57,967 bases of DNA from a virus. Taxonomy: Duplodnaviria > Caudoviricetes. A program made the position numbers and the translations under genes. Shown one piece after another: positions 28,124 through 37,508 of this stretch. Under the pieces are notes generated by a model. It had not been told where the DNA came from, ran no database searches, and saw only the letters and a program-made list of their open reading frames with translations. Positions within the stretch are counted from its first letter, which is position 1. Each line of letters opens with the position of its first letter. The stretch covers positions 1 to 57,967 of IMG/VR virus record IMGVR_UViG_3300037721_000035. One strand, written 5' to 3'.

Positions 28124-30709
28124 ATGAACACGACCCGAATAGAACTAAGCGTTGGAACGCACCGTAAAGATACAGCATGGACCGCAAAAAAATACACATG
28201 GGAAAATTTTTGTAGAAGGTGTAAAGAAGTAGTTACCGGAAAAGAAAAGTACGTTGATTATTTAAAGCTGCCTAAGGATCGTCAGGATGAACTGAAAGAC
28301 GTCGGCGGTTTCGTAGGTGCGATACTGTCAGGTGGCAACCGTTTAAAAAAAGCCGTCCTTTATAGAACCTTACTCACCCTGGATATCGATCACATGACCG
28401 CGCAACAAGGCGGTGAGTTCTGGGATCGGTTTCAACTTTATTTCGACTGCGCAGCCGTGATATATAGCACCCGCAAACATTCGCCCGAATCCCCCCGCTA
28501 CCGGCTTGTGATCCCATTCAGCCGTAACGTCCTTGCCGAAGAATACCCCGCTATTGCTCGTAAAGTAGCCGAAACTTTAGGCATTGATCAATTCGACATA
28601 ACTACCTACCAACCGGAAAGGTTGATGTATTGGCCTTCTGTGTGTTCAGATGGCCTTTTTTATTATAGGGTGCAGGAAGGCGGCGCCCTGAACCCCGATG
28701 AAATACTACAGCAATACATCGGTAACCCTGACCAGGGTAGTGGGTGGCGGGATATTACGCAGTGGCCTGCAGGCGCCCGGGAGTCCAAAGAGATCTTCAG
28801 GCATGCCAAAATGGTAGGAAACCCACTTGAGAAACCCGGCATCATTGGGTCGTTCTGCCGGGCATACGATATTCACGCAGCTATAGACCGTTTCTTGAAA
28901 GCCGCCTACGTACCCGCAGGGGATACCCGGTACACGTATCTAAAGGGCAGTACTGCCGGGGGACTCATTGTTTACGATTACGAGGAAGCCGGCGCTGTGT
29001 TCGCCTTCAGCCATCACGGTACCGACCCGGCAAGCGGCCGGCTGTGCAATGCGTTTGACCTGGTAAGGTTGCACCGGTTTGGTGATCTCGATCACGATGC
29101 GGAAGCCAAAGCGGGGACCGTTGATTTCGGTTGGGACATTACCAAAATGCCCTCTTATAAGGCCATGATTGAATACGCATCACTTGATGCAGGTGTGCGC
29201 CTGGAGATCGGCGCCAGAAGATTAGAAGCTGCCACGCAGGCCTTTGCGGGGATAGGGGATACGGTGAATGGCCGTAGCCATGATGGGCAGGATGAACAGG
29301 AAGAAAGTAAAGAGGTAGCTTTAAATAATGCGCCGGGCCCCGGCTGTTTGACAGTAGCGGAGATTGAAGAAAACGAGGGTCACGCCCTGGACAACGGGCA
29401 AGACTGGTTATCGAAACTCGACATTGAAAAAAAGACCGGGGTTATCCGGTCCACCATATTCAATGTTGTCACGATCCTGGAAAATGATCCCAATCTAAAG
29501 GACCGGTTCGAGCTTGACGATTTCAAACAGCAAGAGATCCTGAAAAATAAATTGCCGTGGCGCCGGGTCACTAAGCATGACATGTGGATGACGGATCGAG
29601 ATGAAGCGGCGTTACGTTATTACCTGGAAAAAGTGTATGGCATAACCGGGGTACAGAAGATCCGCGACGCCTTGGATACCTACATGGTACGCCACACGGT
29701 TCACCCAGTACGGGAATATTTGAAAGGGTTGGAATGGGACGGCCTGGAAAGACTCGATACCCTATTCATCGATTATTTGGGCGCACCTGATAACGAATAC
29801 GTGAGGGAGGTAACCCGCAAAGCTTTGCTTGCCTGCGTATACCGCATCATGCGCCCCGGGGTAAAATTCGACAATGCCCTGGTGTTGGTTGGTCCTGAAG
29901 GAAAAAAGAAATCGATGATATTGGATAACCTGGGTAAGGGTTGGTTCAGTGACTCCTTCAATACGGTACAAGGCAAGGAATCCTTTGAACAGTTGCAAGG
30001 TTGGTGGATTATTGAAATGGGGGAGTTATCAGCACTGCGCAAATCGGAAGTAGAGGCAGTCAAACATTTCTTAGCTAAACGTATAGACGCTTATCGGCCT
30101 GCGTTCGGCCGTAAGACAACCATCCGGCCGCGGCAATGTGTATTTTTCGGAACCACCAATGATATGGCTTTCCTGAAATCAGCCAACGGAAATCGGCGAT
30201 TTTGGCCTGTAACTGTATGGGCTACCATTCCGAAATTAGACGTAGCGAAAATGTCAACGGCCATTATCGATCAAATTTGGGCGGAAGCTATGGAAGGCTT
30301 CAGGGCAGGGGAAAAACTATGGTTAGATGAACGCATGTTCGAGGTGGCCCGCGACGTGCAGGAGCAACACACCGAACATGACAGCCGCTTGCCTGACGTT
30401 ATCGAATACCTGGAAAGGGAAGTACCCGCCAATTGGTATGACCTGGGGGTATACGATCGTCGGCAATTCCTGGAAAATCCGGAAGGGATAGATATGAAAG
30501 GCGCCTTTAAAAGGGACCGTATATGTGTACGGGAATTATGGATTGAATTGTTCAAAGGTCAGCTTAAAGACCTGGACAAACGGCAGGCTGGTGCAATTAT
30601 AGAACTCCTGAGCAGGGCGCCCGGGTGGTTCAAATCAAACAACCCTATACGCATCGAAGGCGCCGGCCGGCAACGCGGATTTTACCGCGAAGGGACGTTA
30701 GACCGTTAG
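28124..30709 (+). CDS. Primase-helicase (AEP-type N-terminus plus VirE/VapE helicase)
   Basis: LKDVGGFVG, LTLDID, YST.KH..ESPRYRLVIP; Walker A GPEGKKKS, WIIEMGEL, FFGTTN, GNRRFWPV. Confidence 0.9.
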   Translation: MNTTRIELSVGTHRKDTAWTAKKYTWENFCRRCKEVVTGKEKYVDYLKLPKDRQDELKDVGGFVGAILSGGNRLKKAVLYRTLLTLDIDHMTAQQGGEFWDRFQLYFDCAAVIYSTRKHSPESPRYRLVIPFSRNVLAEEYPAIARKVAETLGIDQFDITTYQPERLMYWPSVCSDGLFYYRVQEGGALNPDEILQQYIGNPDQGSGWRDITQWPAGARESKEIFRHAKMVGNPLEKPGIIGSFCRAYDIHAAIDRFLKAAYVPAGDTRYTYLKGSTAGGLIVYDYEEAGAVFAFSHHGTDPASGRLCNAFDLVRLHRFGDLDHDAEAKAGTVDFGWDITKMPSYKAMIEYASLDAGVRLEIGARRLEAATQAFAGIGDTVNGRSHDGQDEQEESKEVALNNAPGPGCLTVAEIEENEGHALDNGQDWLSKLDIEKKTGVIRSTIFNVVTILENDPNLKDRFELDDFKQQEILKNKLPWRRVTKHDMWMTDRDEAALRYYLEKVYGITGVQKIRDALDTYMVRHTVHPVREYLKGLEWDGLERLDTLFIDYLGAPDNEYVREVTRKALLACVYRIMRPGVKFDNALVLVGPEGKKKSMILDNLGKGWFSDSFNTVQGKESFEQLQGWWIIEMGELSALRKSEVEAVKHFLAKRIDAYRPAFGRKTTIRPRQCVFFGTTNDMAFLKSANGNRRFWPVTVWATIPKLDVAKMSTAIIDQIWAEAMEGFRAGEKLWLDERMFEVARDVQEQHTEHDSRLPDVIEYLEREVPANWYDLGVYDRRQFLENPEGIDMKGAFKRDRICVRELWIELFKGQLKDLDKRQAGAIIELLSRAPGWFKSNNPIRIEGAGRQRGFYREGTLDR

Positions 30710-30729
30710 TAAATTCTCTCTAAAGTACC

Positions 30730-31130
30730 TGGCAACTATCTTTTTTTATCAATGAGTTAGGTGGCAACTATCCTTTGTGCCATAGTTGCCAAAAACAAAT
30801 AAAACAGCTTCATATTAAAATATTTGTATATGAGTTCATTTACCAAATTTTTGGTACTTAGTAAAGTCTACTTAAATACTAGATTTCTTTGGCAACCAAA
30901 AAACGATAAAAGTTGGTTGCCAAACGGACATAGTTGCCGGCACTTGGTTGCCACTTTTTGGCATGATAATAAGGGTGTTACGTTGTTTGGCAACTATGTA
31001 AACTATATAATATTATAATATTATTATTATATATAGGTATATATTTGCAACCGTGTTGCATATTTATACATAGTACGTATATAGCAATACAGGTATAGAA
31101 AATCGTTGTCGATAGTTGCCAAGTTGCCAG
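30730..31130. repeat. Putative replication origin with GGCAAC/GTTGCC iterons and AT-rich core
   Basis: Ten copies (30731, 30763, 30891, 30989 forward; 30785, 30916, 30933, 30947, 31115, 31123 reverse) around an almost pure-AT tract at 31001-31045. Confidence 0.7.
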
Positions 31131-31183
31131 CGACCAAAAAAATGGTAAACCGGATTTAGTACCCAAGTATAACCGAAAACAGT

Positions 31184-31504
31184 ATGAAAAATTCACGTAA
31201 ACGTATAGACGCAATCGATGTTTCTGAGCATGATTTGGAAACCTGGACCTGTGAACGGGCCAAAGAACAGAAATATAAAACCATTAAATTTTATTCCCCG
31301 GTTGATACTGGTTGGATGGACCGGATATTTTTAAGCCCCCGCGGCTGCACGATATGGGCGGAGTTTAAGAAACCATCCGGTAAGCGGAAAGCCTTGCAGC
31401 GGGAAAACGGTAATTGGTTGATCCGACACGACCACTATTATTTTTTATTGGACACGGCAGATAAGTGCAGGTGGTTTGTTGACAAGGTATTGCCAACATT
31501 GTAA
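31184..31504 (+). CDS. VRR-NUC domain nuclease
   Basis: E.DLE, KFYSP..TGWMDRI, AEFKKP.G....LQ. Confidence 0.8.
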   Translation: MKNSRKRIDAIDVSEHDLETWTCERAKEQKYKTIKFYSPVDTGWMDRIFLSPRGCTIWAEFKKPSGKRKALQRENGNWLIRHDHYYFLLDTADKCRWFVDKVLPTL

Positions 31505-31528
31505 TCGAAAATTATTTTTGTACATTCG
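31499..31528 (+). promoter_or_regulatory. Promoter of the helicase gene
   Basis: TTG-N19-TACATTCG. Confidence 0.45.
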
Positions 31529-31542
31529 CTATATCACATACC

Positions 31543-32967
31543 ATGCAGATAGAAAAAACTAAATACGTCGCGGAACCTTACCAGGAGTACATTACCCAAT
31601 ACTTACTAGATAATAATTTTTGCGGCGAGTTTGTAGAAATGGGACTGGGTAAGACGGTCAGCACGTTGACGGCAATAGATCAATTGTTTTTCCGACACTT
31701 CGACGCCCATAAAGTTTTGGTCATTGCCCCTTTGTTGGTGGCACAAGATACATGGCCTGATGAAATTGATAAATGGGACCACCTGCACCGGCTAAAGTAC
31801 GTCCGTGTGTTGGGAGATCCGAAACAACGTATAGCCGCGCTGAAGCAAGAGGTACACATTTACCTGATTAATTACGATAACCTAGCGTGGCTGGTTGCCC
31901 ACATGGGCGGCTATTGGGATTTCGATATCGTTGTGTGCGATGAATCAAGTCGGCTAAAATCCCATAGCTCTAAAAGGTTCAAAGCCTTGCGGGAAATTAT
32001 GCCTTTCGTTGAACGGTGTTGGTTGCTGACGGGAACACCGATGGGCAACGGATACATAGATCTTTGGTCCCAACTGTATTTACTGGATAAGGGTAAACGC
32101 TTAGGCAAGAACATATCAACCTACCGAAATTCTTATTTCAATAAAAAATTCATGGGGTGGGGGTACGAACTGAAGTCAAAAAAGCATGCTACAGCGATTA
32201 GCGAGGCCATAGCCGACATTTGCGTGTCTATGAGGCAGAAAGACTACCTGAACCTTCCTGACCGCCTGGAAAGGGTTTTAAAGCTGAAGATGACCCCAGA
32301 CCTGAAAACATTGTACAAGAAATTTGAAAGGGAGAAGGTGTTGGAATTAATGGACCTATTGGAATCAGGCGAAAAAATTACGGCCATCAACGCTGCCGTA
32401 CTTACCAATAAACTGTTGCAGTTTGCAAACGGCGCGGTATACGATGCCGATAAAAATTATCACGAAATCCACGATATCAAAATCGAAGCACTGCGGGAGA
32501 TCCTGGAAAGTTCAACCGGTCATCCGGTCCTGGTAGCTTATCAATTCATATCAGATAAAGATCGTATACTTAAACATCTAGCAGCGTTCAAGCCTGAGGT
32601 GATTGGGGCGCACGACTTTACCAAACGCTGGAATGCTGGGGAAATTCCTTTCGCGCTTGCCCATCCTGCCAGCGCAGGCCACGGGCTGAACCTGCAAGCC
32701 GGTGGCCATATTGTGGTTTTCTTCGGGCATACATGGAGTAGTGAATTACGAAAACAGTTTATTGCCCGGCTCGAACGCAAGGGGCAGCAATGCAGTGTTA
32801 TTGTTACGGACCTGGTACTGGATGAAACGATGGACTTACGCGTATTACAGCGACAGGGTGAGAAAGTAGCAGATGAAGACTATTTACTTTCACAGGTAAA
32901 AGCGCTTATACATGAGTACGGAGGCGGGAAACTATTAAACGATACACCGAAATACGATTTTTTATAA
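31543..32967 (+). CDS. SNF2-family helicase
   Basis: MGLGKT, DESS, LTGTP, SAGHGLNLQ, Q...RL.R.GQ. Confidence 0.92.
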   Translation: MQIEKTKYVAEPYQEYITQYLLDNNFCGEFVEMGLGKTVSTLTAIDQLFFRHFDAHKVLVIAPLLVAQDTWPDEIDKWDHLHRLKYVRVLGDPKQRIAALKQEVHIYLINYDNLAWLVAHMGGYWDFDIVVCDESSRLKSHSSKRFKALREIMPFVERCWLLTGTPMGNGYIDLWSQLYLLDKGKRLGKNISTYRNSYFNKKFMGWGYELKSKKHATAISEAIADICVSMRQKDYLNLPDRLERVLKLKMTPDLKTLYKKFEREKVLELMDLLESGEKITAINAAVLTNKLLQFANGAVYDADKNYHEIHDIKIEALREILESSTGHPVLVAYQFISDKDRILKHLAAFKPEVIGAHDFTKRWNAGEIPFALAHPASAGHGLNLQAGGHIVVFFGHTWSSELRKQFIARLERKGQQCSVIVTDLVLDETMDLRVLQRQGEKVADEDYLLSQVKALIHEYGGGKLLNDTPKYDFL

Positions 32968-33072
32968 AACAGGTTGGCCGGGGTGACATGAGCAGTTGCC
33001 GGGCGCTGATCGGAGCATGCCGATAAAACCGGAGTTAAACAACCTGGTATCCTCACCGACCTGTTTTATAAA
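32961..33072 (+). ncRNA. Candidate structured RNA element
   Basis: 17-bp closing stem around a GC-rich multi-hairpin interior in an intergenic gap. Confidence 0.35.
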
Positions 33073-33089
33073 TTTTTAAATAAGAGAGT

Positions 33090-33254
33090 ATGAAAAAGAT
33101 CTTAGGGTACACCATATTAACAATTACGATCATAGGTCCGTTTATTTGGATGGGGTTTGAGTTTGGGTTCATACGTGTATTAGGTTTATTTGGGCTGGTG
33201 ATAGCCGGTGCCGCCCTGGTAGGATTAGGGATTTATTTAATTGATTCCGAATGA
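33090..33254 (+). CDS. 54-aa 2-TM membrane peptide
   Basis: Hand-read ORF MKKILGYTILTITIIGPFIWMGFEFG... Confidence 0.55.
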   Translation: MKKILGYTILTITIIGPFIWMGFEFGFIRVLGLFGLVIAGAALVGLGIYLIDSE

Positions 33255-33284
33255 TCGTTATATTTGTTTTATAAACAATTAATA

Positions 33285-33503
33285 ATGAGTAAAAAATTAA
33301 TTCCGGTTTACGCAACTAAAGATGATTCCGGGCATTGGTATGTAATACCTGTGAACATGAAAGAGGAATTCGATAAGCTATTAGAAAAATCCACCTCGAA
33401 TAAAGAGGGTTGGGAGACGGCAGAAACCCAGTTCATTGATACCTTCAGCCAGTACATGACCGGGGGTGATCTTAATAACGCGCAACTATATGCGAAAATA
33501 TAA
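33285..33503 (+). CDS. Hypothetical protein
   Basis: DDSGHWYVIP motif. Confidence 0.6.
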   Translation: MSKKLIPVYATKDDSGHWYVIPVNMKEEFDKLLEKSTSNKEGWETAETQFIDTFSQYMTGGDLNNAQLYAKI

Positions 33504-33515
33504 ATCCTTTATCCT

Positions 33516-34154
33516 ATGTCTTCCCTGAAATATCGCCCGGCAATCGTAGAAACGTTTTTGGATCACTATGCAACCGGGCTATACACTATTGCGGAGTTAT
33601 GTAAGCTGGTGAATATACACCCGAATACGTTTTACCATTGGCAAGCGAATGAGGAAGATTTTAAAAAGGCATTAGCGGTTGCGGATAAACGTAAGATAAG
33701 TAACATACACAGCATAGCTGTCAAAGGCGCGGTTAAACTATTAACGGGGGTAGAGTATGACGAAATATCGGAAGAATACGAGATGCCCCCCGCCCGACCT
33801 AAGTACGATTTCCTGGATGATGATGACGAACTGAATCAGTTGATCAAGCCGGAAGATCCAAAGCCGGTATTAAAAAGGCGGTTCATTACTAAGAAGATTA
33901 TTCTGCCGCATGCGAACACGGTAATGTTTACACTGCGTAACCTGGATAAAGAAAACTTCCCTGACAATAAAGACTTCAAACCTGGTAACACGCAACCGAT
34001 ACCCGTTGCTTTCATAGCACCTCCCGGAATGGTAATTAGTTTTCCATCAAATACCGATGACCCTAATGTCACAGACGCAATTAATAACAACACCACAAAC
34101 GCAGACGGCAATAATTCCACCGGTACAACAGACACCGGGGGTAGTACTACCTAA
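33516..34154 (+). CDS. terS: Terminase small subunit
   Basis: N-terminal HTH (IAELCKLVNIHPNTFYHW), G.EY.E..., TKKIILP...VMFTLRN; directly upstream of terL. Confidence 0.75.
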   Translation: MSSLKYRPAIVETFLDHYATGLYTIAELCKLVNIHPNTFYHWQANEEDFKKALAVADKRKISNIHSIAVKGAVKLLTGVEYDEISEEYEMPPARPKYDFLDDDDELNQLIKPEDPKPVLKRRFITKKIILPHANTVMFTLRNLDKENFPDNKDFKPGNTQPIPVAFIAPPGMVISFPSNTDDPNVTDAINNNTTNADGNNSTGTTDTGGSTT

Positions 34155-36402
34155 CGATCTCATACAACCGTTTGCCGATGAAAAACATCCACTGTTTTGG
34201 GCGAACCTTTGGGCAACTTCATTTATTGTAATTAATCAAGGGGGGTCATGGAGCGGTAAATGTTTAGGCGTGGATACGCCTATCCTTATGTATGATCTCA
34301 GTGTGAAAAAAGTACAAGATGTAAGAGTAGGTGATAAACTTATGGGCGTTGACGGTACCCCGCGTAATGTGCTTTCCACTACGAAAGGACAGGGGCAACT
34401 GTACGAGGTCCAACAAGGCAAGGGTATGAACTACGTAGTGAATGACGCTCATATTTTATGCCTGAAGCATTCGGGAAAAGATGTATACAAGACAATTAAA
34501 CAAAAGAAAATATACCAGGGTAGAAAATATTTTAATGGTATACATAAGAAAACAGCAGACGAATATTTTAAATTAAGTAAACGGGAAGCACGGCAGTACA
34601 ATGGTTTTAAAACCGGGGTTGAATTACCCGAAAGACCAGTGTTACTAGATCCGTATTTTTTAGGACTTTGGTTAGGTGATGGATTGAAAGCAGGAGCAAC
34701 AATTACTAATATAGACCCGGAAGTAAGAGAATATTTAAAACAGTTTGCGAAAGACAACGGTTTGAACTACACGCAGGATAAAAGTGATAAAAACAATATA
34801 CGGTTGGGTAAAACTTTCGGTAAGACTAACATAGTTACGCAAGCACTACGGTTTTACGATATTCTAAATAACAAACACATACCTCACGACTACTTACACA
34901 ATAATAGGGAAACACGTTTGCAATTATTGGCGGGTTTGATAGATAGTGACGGCGGGGTAGAAAACGGTATGTTCTGCATAACGGGGTGTGATAAATCTTT
35001 GATGCAACAGGTGGTAACTCTTTCACGGAGTTTAGGGTTTTACACTTGTTTTAGAAAAAAGATAGCCAAAATGAAACGTAAGGACGGAAGCGTTTACGTT
35101 TGTGATGCCTGGACAGTGTCTATATCATCGAATGATTACAGTATCATACCGACTAAAATAGCCCGGAAGAAATTAACAGGTACTTATAAATTCCGGGATT
35201 GCTTGCAAACTAAAATAAAATTACAGGATAAAGGTCAGGGGTGGTATTATGGCTTCCAGTTGGATGGTGATAAAATGTTTATGCTGGAAGATTTCACGGT
35301 TACCCATAACACGGAATGTATAATACGGGTATTATTTGCCTATGCGATAAATTTCCCACGCTATCGTATAACCGTAGTTACTAATACCATTCCCAAATTA
35401 AAGGAAGATGCGTTACGCATAGCTTTAGAGGTAGCAGACAAACCGAAAGTAGCCATGTTTATAAAACAATATAACATGACTGATCGGGTGTTTACGTTTA
35501 CTAATGGCAGTCATATAACATTCAAAAGTTTCGAAAACGAGTTACAAGCACAAGGGGAAAAGAGAGACATACTATATGTGGTAGAGATGCCACGTATAAC
35601 ATGGGCTACTTTTTATCAAGCGTACCTGCGTACCGAGGTACGGGTATTTGGTTGCTATAACCCTACCAGCTCATTCTATGTTCACCGTAACATACTGGCA
35701 AACAAAGTAGAATTTAACAGCGTGCAGGTGTTCCGTAGTTGGCACATACATAACCCGTATTTACCACAGCTTAAACATGATCAGCTGGAAAGGATCACCG
35801 ATAAGATCATGCATGCCGTATATGCCCGCGGGTTAACCGGCATGCTGCGTGGTACGATCTACCCCGATTGGGTGTTAGTGGAAGATGATGAATACGGCGG
35901 GCCTGACGGCTCGATATGGGGCGTCGATTGGGCATTCAGCGAAGACAAGCGGGCGGACCCGTCAGCGTGTGTTCGAGTTAAACGTAATCCACCTAACCGG
36001 TTGGACCTGGATTATATTATCGACCTGGTAGCCTACGATCAAGGTATATCGGCTCCCGAAATTGCGCAGGTGCAGAAAGCAGAAGGGTACAAAGATGGTC
36101 AGGCAACCTACTGTGACCACGCCCTACAACAGATCTACGAACTACAGCTGAACGGCATCACGGGCGCCACGACAGCTGTTAAAGGGCCAGGGTCACTACT
36201 TGCCCGTATTCTGTTTGTGAAGCGTAAACGGATCGGGGTAACCAGGCGCAGCCGGGCCATATGGGAAATAGAGCAACCCGCCTACAGGTTTTTGGAAGTA
36301 GAGGGCGTTGTTACCAATACACCGATAGATGAATACAACCACGCTATGGATGCGTCGGGGTACGCAATCTATTCAGATGCACTTACTTACGGGTATACAT
36401 AA
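34057..36402 (+). CDS. terL: Terminase large subunit (PBSX-like) containing an intein
   Basis: Walker A QGGSWSGK|T split by the intein; YNP, NPYL, GVDWAF, PIDEYNHAMDA.Y nuclease motifs. Confidence 0.92.
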   Translation: MTLMSQTQLITTPQTQTAIIPPVQQTPGVVLPNDLIQPFADEKHPLFWANLWATSFIVINQGGSWSGKCLGVDTPILMYDLSVKKVQDVRVGDKLMGVDGTPRNVLSTTKGQGQLYEVQQGKGMNYVVNDAHILCLKHSGKDVYKTIKQKKIYQGRKYFNGIHKKTADEYFKLSKREARQYNGFKTGVELPERPVLLDPYFLGLWLGDGLKAGATITNIDPEVREYLKQFAKDNGLNYTQDKSDKNNIRLGKTFGKTNIVTQALRFYDILNNKHIPHDYLHNNRETRLQLLAGLIDSDGGVENGMFCITGCDKSLMQQVVTLSRSLGFYTCFRKKIAKMKRKDGSVYVCDAWTVSISSNDYSIIPTKIARKKLTGTYKFRDCLQTKIKLQDKGQGWYYGFQLDGDKMFMLEDFTVTHNTECIIRVLFAYAINFPRYRITVVTNTIPKLKEDALRIALEVADKPKVAMFIKQYNMTDRVFTFTNGSHITFKSFENELQAQGEKRDILYVVEMPRITWATFYQAYLRTEVRVFGCYNPTSSFYVHRNILANKVEFNSVQVFRSWHIHNPYLPQLKHDQLERITDKIMHAVYARGLTGMLRGTIYPDWVLVEDDEYGGPDGSIWGVDWAFSEDKRADPSACVRVKRNPPNRLDLDYIIDLVAYDQGISAPEIAQVQKAEGYKDGQATYCDHALQQIYELQLNGITGATTAVKGPGSLLARILFVKRKRIGVTRRSRAIWEIEQPAYRFLEVEGVVTNTPIDEYNHAMDASGYAIYSDALTYGYT
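34261..35310 (+). mobile_element. Intein (350 aa) with LAGLIDADG homing endonuclease
   Basis: Starts CLGVDTPILM, block B VNDAHIL, LGLWLGDG and LAGLIDSDG, ends VTHN followed by Thr+1. Confidence 0.95.
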
Positions 36403-36406
36403 TTTA

Positions 36407-36438
36407 TTTGGTCAGGTTGGCAAGTGGTAGTATATTCG
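36407..36438 (+). promoter_or_regulatory. Promoter downstream of terL
   Basis: TTTG-N20-TATATTCG. Confidence 0.55.
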
Positions 36439-36498
36439 ATAGTCGTTAGATATTAAAAGTGAAAATCGTTTTTAAGCTTTCTTTAGGGTTTAGGGGTC

Positions 36499-36529
36499 AG
36501 CCGGGGTAACACCCGGCTTTTTTATTTTT
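36499..36529 (+). terminator. Intrinsic terminator
   Basis: AGCCGGG-gtaaca-CCCGGCT plus T tract. Confidence 0.85.
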
Positions 36530-36531
36530 AT

Positions 36532-36581
36532 AAAATAAGTTACCGAAAATTTGGTAACTCCGATTATTTCACATACCTTTG
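36532..36581 (+). promoter_or_regulatory. Operator-promoter repeat (long copy)
   Basis: GTTACCGAAAATTTGGTAAC over TTTG-N20-TACCTTTG. Confidence 0.85.
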
Positions 36582-36616
36582 ATAGATCAAACTGAAACAA
36601 TTAAAAACTTTGCAAA

Positions 36617-36751
36617 ATGACAAATACACAAAAGTTAGCTAAAGTAAAAAGAGTTATAATCGCAGTTTTAAATAGCCCAAATCAAAACGCCCAAAGGGCC
36701 GCGTTATGGGTTAGGTTGCAGAAATTAAAAGCGCAGTTGCAAAACGGTTAA
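36617..36751 (+). CDS. 44-aa basic helical peptide
   Basis: Hand-read ORF MTNTQKLAKVKRVIIAV...; has its own promoter and terminator. Confidence 0.65.
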   Translation: MTNTQKLAKVKRVIIAVLNSPNQNAQRAALWVRLQKLKAQLQNG

Positions 36752-36780
36752 AAATATTTATTGGGAGACGTTCAGAAATG

Positions 36781-36809
36781 AGCCGGGTGTTTCTACATCC
36801 GGTTTTTTT
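36781..36809 (+). terminator. Intrinsic terminator (TTCT loop)
   Basis: GCCGGGTGT-ttct-ACATCCGGT plus T tract. Confidence 0.85.
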
Positions 36810-36816
36810 ATTTCCA

Positions 36817-36866
36817 AAAATAAGTTACCCAAAATTTGGTAACTCCAAATAGTCGGATTATCTTAG
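36817..36866 (+). promoter_or_regulatory. Operator-promoter repeat
   Basis: GTTACCCAAAATTTGGTAAC over TTTG-N20-TATCTTAG. Confidence 0.8.
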
Positions 36867-36888
36867 CTGTATAATAAAGCACCCTTTT

Positions 36889-37278
36889 ATGATTTGTTAT
36901 AAATGCAATGGTACCGGATACATACAGGGATTTGCGCACGTAGCGCAGGGCGTTTGTTTCGATTGCAAAGGTAGCGGTGTCCGTCCGGATAAGGCTAAGA
37001 GCAACGTAGGATACAGCAAGGCTTTCGCAGAAGGTTTTAGGGGTGGAAAGCAGGATGATCCGTATTTCCCCGCAGAAGTACAACCTACTACCTGGGAAGT
37101 TATTGGGATGCCTGGACATCCTACAGCCGAACACCGGGCTATGTTTTGGGAAGGGTTCTATTACGTAGGACAACCGGTTTGCAGGTCCTCTACCTGGTAC
37201 AAGGTACCACCCGAACAATGGGGCGAATTTAAAAAGCACTTCAATAAGGCATACAAAAAAGCAATAAGTTTAGCATGA
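36889..37278 (+). CDS. CxxCxGxG zinc-finger protein
   Basis: CYKCNGTG...CFDCKGSG. Confidence 0.65.
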   Translation: MICYKCNGTGYIQGFAHVAQGVCFDCKGSGVRPDKAKSNVGYSKAFAEGFRGGKQDDPYFPAEVQPTTWEVIGMPGHPTAEHRAMFWEGFYYVGQPVCRSSTWYKVPPEQWGEFKKHFNKAYKKAISLA

Positions 37279-37493
37279 GTAACATAGGCAGGGTCATAAA
37301 AGATTTCTATTGCAACGGGTTCGCCGGTAGACGGTACGACCTGGAAGGCGGGGTGATTGAAGCTGAAGCACATGACTGGGTTATCGTAAGGACCGTAAGC
37401 GGATCAGCCGTGTGTATGACTTTTGAAGGGTGCTTACCTGCCGAAAAACAAAACTATATTGATAAGTGGTGCGGCGGTCAGGAAGATTATTAA
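37275..37493 (+). CDS. Hypothetical protein
   Basis: ATGA-coupled ORF. Confidence 0.6.
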   Translation: MSNIGRVIKDFYCNGFAGRRYDLEGGVIEAEAHDWVIVRTVSGSAVCMTFEGCLPAEKQNYIDKWCGGQEDY

Positions 37494-37508
37494 AAACTAA
37501 AATATAAT

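Noticed and set aside
30824-31214. Short ORFs in the origin region
   Set aside because: They are low-complexity translations of iteron and AT-rich DNA; the region is better explained as non-coding.
32961-33072. Hammerhead, twister or SAM-II identity for the structured element
   Set aside because: Only fragments resemble these (CTGAT, GATAAAA); the complete conserved cores are absent.
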